Positions 60,138 through 64,000 of a DNA stretch of 64,000 bases are shown here, one piece after another; within the stretch, counting starts at the first letter, position 1, and each line of letters begins with the position of its first letter. The DNA is taken from assembly GCA_963716925.1 (NCBI GenBank), contig CAVQUX010000025.1:144751-208750 (forward strand). Reading direction: 5' to 3'. Made by a program: the position numbers and the translations under genes. The notes under the pieces were generated by a model, which saw nothing but the letters and a program-made list of their open reading frames with translations, did not search any database and was not told where the DNA came from. This DNA comes from an uncultured Acidobacteriota bacterium. GTDB taxonomy: Bacteria > Acidobacteriota > Vicinamibacteria > Marinacidobacterales > SMYC01.

Positions 60138-61584
60138 ATGAATTCCCGAAGGAATGTTTTTTTCACGGGCCTGGTCGTTCGATCCTTGTTCCTCACCGCG
60201 GCCCTTGCCTCCTCGGCAATGGCTTCCGAGTGGTCTCGCTTTCGAGGCCCCAACGGCACAGGAGTCGACCGCTCGGGGAGTCCGTTGCCGCTTCGGTTCG
60301 GTCCGACTGAGAACGTCATCTGGAAGACCGATCTTCCCCAGGGACACTCGTCACCGATTCTCACCGAAGACCGCCTTTTCCTCAGTGCCTTCGAAGAAGA
60401 CAAGCTCTTCACTTACTGCCTGGACCGGAAGTCGGGCAGGATTCTGTGGTATCGAGAAGCTCCAAGAGCGCGGGTGAGCGAGGTCGACAGACGAAACAAC
60501 GCCGCCTCTCCGAGCCCCGCCGTCGACGAGAAAGCGGTCTACGTCTTCTTTCCCGACTACGGGCTTCTCGCCTACGACTTTGATGGAAATGAGCTCTGGA
60601 AGCATCCTCTCGAGCCTTTCAACAACGTGTACGGCATGGGAGCATCGCCGGTTGCTGCGGACGGCAACGTCGTCCTGGTGTGCGACCAGAATCAGCACTC
60701 GTTCATCATCGCTCTGAACCGAGACACTGGAGACGTCGCGTGGACCGTCGACCGGCCCGAGGCTACGAGTGCTCATTCCACTCCGGTTCTCTACCGCGGG
60801 CCCTCGGGTGATCTCCGAGATCCTCGTGGTGGGCTCCTTCCAGCTCACCTCCTACTCCGCGGCGACCGGCCGAAGGCTCTGGTGGGTAACGGGCCTCTCC
60901 TGGGAAATGAAATCGACGCCGGTACTCGAGGACGGGATCCTCTACATCAACGGGTACGGGGGCCCCGAGGGCGAGGCGGGGCAGGACGTGAACGCCCCTA
61001 CCTGGAAGGAGGCGCTCGCTTCGCAGGACAAGGACCAGGACGGGCTCCTCTCGGGCGAAGAGCTCCAGGGCCGCGTGCTCAACTGGTTCCGGTTCATCGA
61101 TCTCAACCGGGATTCGCACCTCGACGAGACGGAATGGCGGTACTACGAGGCCGGGCTCGCCACGAAAAACGGGACGCTCGCCATTCGCGTGGGAGGTGAA
61201 GGGGACATGACGGAGAAAAACGTCGCGTGGGCGTACCACAAGCGGGTTCCCCAGCTTCCCTCTCCGCTTCTGTATGAGGGCGTTCTTTACATGGTGAACG
61301 ACGGCGGAATCGTCACCTCGCTCGATCCCAAGACCGGCGAGATGCTGTCGCAGGGTCGTCTCAAGGGCGCCGTCGACAACTACTACGCTTCGCCCGTCGC
61401 TGCCGACGGGAAGATCTTCATGGCGAGCGAGTTGGGAAAGATAGCGGTCTTGAAGCCGGGCGGGACCCTGGAGGTCCTTGCCGTGAACGACCTCGGGGAT
61501 CTCATCTACGCCACCCCGGCGATCGACTCCGGACGTATCTACGTGCGAACCAGAAGCGCCCTGTACTGCTTCGGGGAGTCATGA
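60138..61584 (+). pseudogene. PQQ-like beta-propeller protein (paralog 3) with an inserted EF-hand pair, with a frameshift near 60795-60815
   Basis: N-terminal ORF (signal, EWSRFRGPNGTGV...HSTPVLYRGP) loses frame. The continuation (...SEILVVGSFQLTSYSAATGRRLWWVTG...) is in ORF 60769..61584. That ORF includes DKDQDGLLSGEEL and DLNRDSHLDETEW Ca-binding-loop-like motifs. The junction is at a ggg/ccc run. Confidence 0.7.
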
Positions 61585-61773
61585 TCCTCGTCGCGCTTCG
61601 CGTTCGCTTCTCGCGCTCGACTGCGAGGAAGAGCTCCGAGAGGCAGCGAGGCGCGGCGATCTAGAAAAGGCGACGCCCTGCTCGACGCCGGTTTTGGCCC
61701 GGCGTTGACAATTACCACTTCGTGCCCGTGCGCCTTTGCGCTCGATTCCCCTACCGGTGCTAAGATCCGCGCC

Positions 61774-62985
61774 ATGGGTGAAATTTCGAAAAAACGCAGG
61801 GCGCTCCTCGCGGGCATGGCGGGCGGGCTCGGGGCCGTCGGAGCGGGGGATCGGAGGCCGCTCGCTCCCGACGATCCCACCAAGCTCCAGGGCCCGCCGC
61901 CGACGGAAGTGGGCGAGCGCTCGCCCTTCGAAACGCCGAGACGGACGGTGATGAAGAACGAGCCCGCGTCGTCTTCACGAACTCCCCTCCAGGATCTCAC
62001 GGGAATCGTCACGCCCTCGGACCTCCATTTCGAGCGCCACCATGCGGGGGTCCCCCGCATCGATCCCGAACGGTATTCGCTCCTCATCCACGGACTCGTC
62101 GAGCGCCCGACGATCTTCACTCTCGCCGACCTGAAGCGATTTCCTTCGGTGTCACGGCTTCTGTTCCTCGAATGCTCGGGAAACGGCGGCGAGGCCCTGC
62201 GGGAACCGAAAGCGCACCTCACGCCGCAGGACATCGACGGCCTCACGAGCGTGAGCGAGTGGACCGGGGTACCGCTAGCGCTCCTGTTCCGCGAAGTGGG
62301 AGCCCTCCCCGAGTCCCGATGGTTTCTCGCGGAGGGGTCGGACGCCGCGGTCATGACCCGCAGCATTCCCATGGGAAAGGCCTGGGAGGACGCGGTGATC
62401 GCCTACGCCCAGAACGGGGAAGCGCTCCGGCCCGAGACGGGCTACCCGGCCCGGCTGCTCCTTCCCGGCTGGGAGGGGAACGCCAACGTGAAATGGATCC
62501 GGAGGCTCGAGCTCGCGGAGCGGCCGTTCTTCACCCGCGAGGAGACGGCCAAGTACACCGACCCCCTCCCTGGCGGGAAGATGCGTATGTTCAGCTTCGA
62601 GATGGATGCGAAGTCCATCATCACTTTTCCCGCCTATCCCGCGAAGCTCGCGTCGCGAGGCTTCTGGGAGGTGACGGGAATCGCCTGGAGCGGGCGGGGG
62701 CGCATCAGCCGGGTCGAGCTGAGTGTCGATGGAGGCAGGAGCTGGAGCGACGCGGAGCTCCAGGAGCCGGTGCTTCCGAAGTGCCACACGCGATTTCGAA
62801 AGCTCTGGAGCTGGCAGGGGGAGGCGGCGACGCTCGTGAGCCGCGCGACCGACGAGACGGGATACACCCAGCCCACGAGGGAGGATTTCGTCGCCGTTCG
62901 GGGCCGGGACACCCGCTACCACTTCAACCACCTGCGCGCGTGGAAGGTGAGCCCCGACGGAAGCGTGGAGTTCGCTCTTGTGTAG
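61774..62985 (+). CDS. sulfite-oxidase-family molybdopterin oxidoreductase (SorA-like catalytic subunit), Tat signal
   Basis: Twin-arginine motif [13 protein letters not shown]. Moco-binding region ...LECSGNGG.... Dimerisation domain at the C-terminus. Confidence 0.8.
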   Translation: MGEISKKRRALLAGMAGGLGAVGAGDRRPLAPDDPTKLQGPPPTEVGERSPFETPRRTVMKNEPASSSRTPLQDLTGIVTPSDLHFERHHAGVPRIDPERYSLLIHGLVERPTIFTLADLKRFPSVSRLLFLECSGNGGEALREPKAHLTPQDIDGLTSVSEWTGVPLALLFREVGALPESRWFLAEGSDAAVMTRSIPMGKAWEDAVIAYAQNGEALRPETGYPARLLLPGWEGNANVKWIRRLELAERPFFTREETAKYTDPLPGGKMRMFSFEMDAKSIITFPAYPAKLASRGFWEVTGIAWSGRGRISRVELSVDGGRSWSDAELQEPVLPKCHTRFRKLWSWQGEAATLVSRATDETGYTQPTREDFVAVRGRDTRYHFNHLRAWKVSPDGSVEFALV

Positions 62986-63649
62986 AGCCCTCGCGCTGCT
63001 GCTCCTCTCCTGCGCCTGTTCCGAAGCGCCCGCATCGAGACCCGAAGCCGTGAGCTCGGCGGAGCCCGAGCCCGACCCCTCCTCCGCCTCCTCGGCCTCC
63101 TCGGCCTCCTCAGAAAGAGTCGACCTGCACGGGGAATGGCGGCGCTGGGCGGATACACCCGAGCTCCGAGAACGGGCGCTCGCTCGGCTCGAATCCGTTC
63201 CTCGCTTCGGTTTCGGCCGCACGGCTACCGCGGAAGAGATAGCCAAGGTCGACATCGACGTGATGCCCGACGGAACCGGCCTGCCCGAAGGAAGGGGCAC
63301 CGTCGAGAGAGGACGCGCCCTCTACAAGAACCAGTGCGTGCAGTGCCATGGGGCCGACGGCCGGGGAGCCGACTACGACGCCCTCGCGGGAGCGGGCGCC
63401 TATACCGTCGGGAATTTCTGGCCCTACGCCACGACTCTCTACGACTACATCTCCCGCGCCATGCCGCAGGCCGTTCCCGGGAGCCTTCCTCCCGACGACG
63501 TTTACAGCCTGACGGCCTTCGTCCTGCACCTGAACGAGCTCCTGCCGGCGGACGGAGTCCTGGATCGCGAGTCGCTGCCGAGGATTCGAGATGCCCGCCC
63601 GCGGGAAATTCGTCTACGACGACCGGGCCGGGGGCGCGGAGCTCAAGTA
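62978..63649 (+). CDS. c-type cytochrome (SorB-like) lipoprotein. The 3' end is uncertain (probable frameshift near 63575-63590)
   Basis: TTG start overlaps the sorA end. LLLLSCACS lipobox, a Ser/Ala/Pro linker, then CVQCH heme-binding. In this frame there is no stop before glnS. A -1/+1 shift into the frame of [19 protein letters not shown] (63591..63649) gives a stop abutting the glnS GTG. Confidence 0.55.
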
Positions 63650-64000
63650 GTGGCGCGCGATTTCATCCGGGAGATCGTCGAAGCCGAAGTAGCGAGCGGC
63701 AAGAACGGCGGGCGCGTGGCGACCCGCTTCCCCCCCGAGCCCAACGGCTACCTCCACATCGGACACGCGAAGGCCATCTCGGTGAACTTCGGCATCGCCG
63801 ACGAGTACCACGGGATCTGCAACCTGAGGTTCGACGACACCAACCCGGTGAAGGAGGACGTGGAGTACGTCGAGTCCATCCAGGAGGACGTACGCTGGCT
63901 CGGATACGACTGGGACGACCGCCTGTTCTTCGCTTCCGACTACTTCGAAGAGTTCTATCGATACGCGGTGAGGCTGATTGAGAAGGGCAAGGCCTACGTC
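63650..64000 (+). CDS. glnS: glutaminyl-tRNA synthetase, N-terminal part (the 3' end lies outside the window)
   Basis: (M)[17 protein letters not shown]...[60 protein letters not shown] is nearly collinear with E. coli GlnRS, including the HIGH motif. Confidence 0.8.
   Translation, partial: MARDFIREIVEAEVASGKNGGRVATRFPPEPNGYLHIGHAKAISVNFGIADEYHGICNLRFDDTNPVKEDVEYVESIQEDVRWLGYDWDDRLFFASDYFEEFYRYAVRLIEKGKAYV

Noticed and set aside
63136-63981. 281 aa plus-strand ORF (Arg-rich)
   Set aside because: Wrong frame. The recognisable cytochrome c (CVQCH) and GlnRS (HIGH motif) translations are in other frames of the same strand.

Overview
This is a high-GC window (~68% by eye) of 64 kb, with very long antisense shadow ORFs. 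The gene content suggests an Acidobacteria-like genome: an ADOP-type duplicated FtsX permease, a GWxTD protein, CarbopepD-TonB receptors and many PQQ-like beta-propellers. The taxon assignment is inference. Genes are densely packed on both strands and the locus is dominated by peptide and amino-acid uptake and catabolism: two paralogous S9 prolyl-oligopeptidase-family peptidases, a CocE/NonD (S15) hydrolase, a D-aminoacylase, a TolB-propeller-amidohydrolase fusion, a proline-racemase-family enzyme, a soxBDAG sarcosine oxidase operon, a PLP decarboxylase, a threonine-synthase-like enzyme, three APC amino-acid permeases, a TonB-dependent receptor, and AraC and double HTH-cupin regulators. Other content: a KimA-like K+ transporter followed by two TrkA/RCK genes, DedA, a PAS histidine kinase, a SorAB-like sulfite dehydrogenase, and the 5' end of glnS. 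I found no rRNA, tRNA or CRISPR. The structural observations worth a second look are these. (1) A ~1.2 kb segmental duplication (3' tail of a PQQ gene, a CarbopepD-TPR gene and a DUF1684 gene) whose second, truncated copy abuts a group II intron-type reverse transcriptase remnant. (2) A ~70 bp copy of the 3' end of a TPR gene that forms a direct repeat flanking the TolB-amidohydrolase gene. (3) An unusually large number of genes (at least 8) interrupted by single-nucleotide frameshifts, plus soxA lacking any start codon and lying in frame behind soxD across a single TGA. From sequence alone I cannot decide whether this reflects pseudogenisation or indel errors in the assembly. (4) An inverted pair of tandem octamer repeats in an intergenic region.
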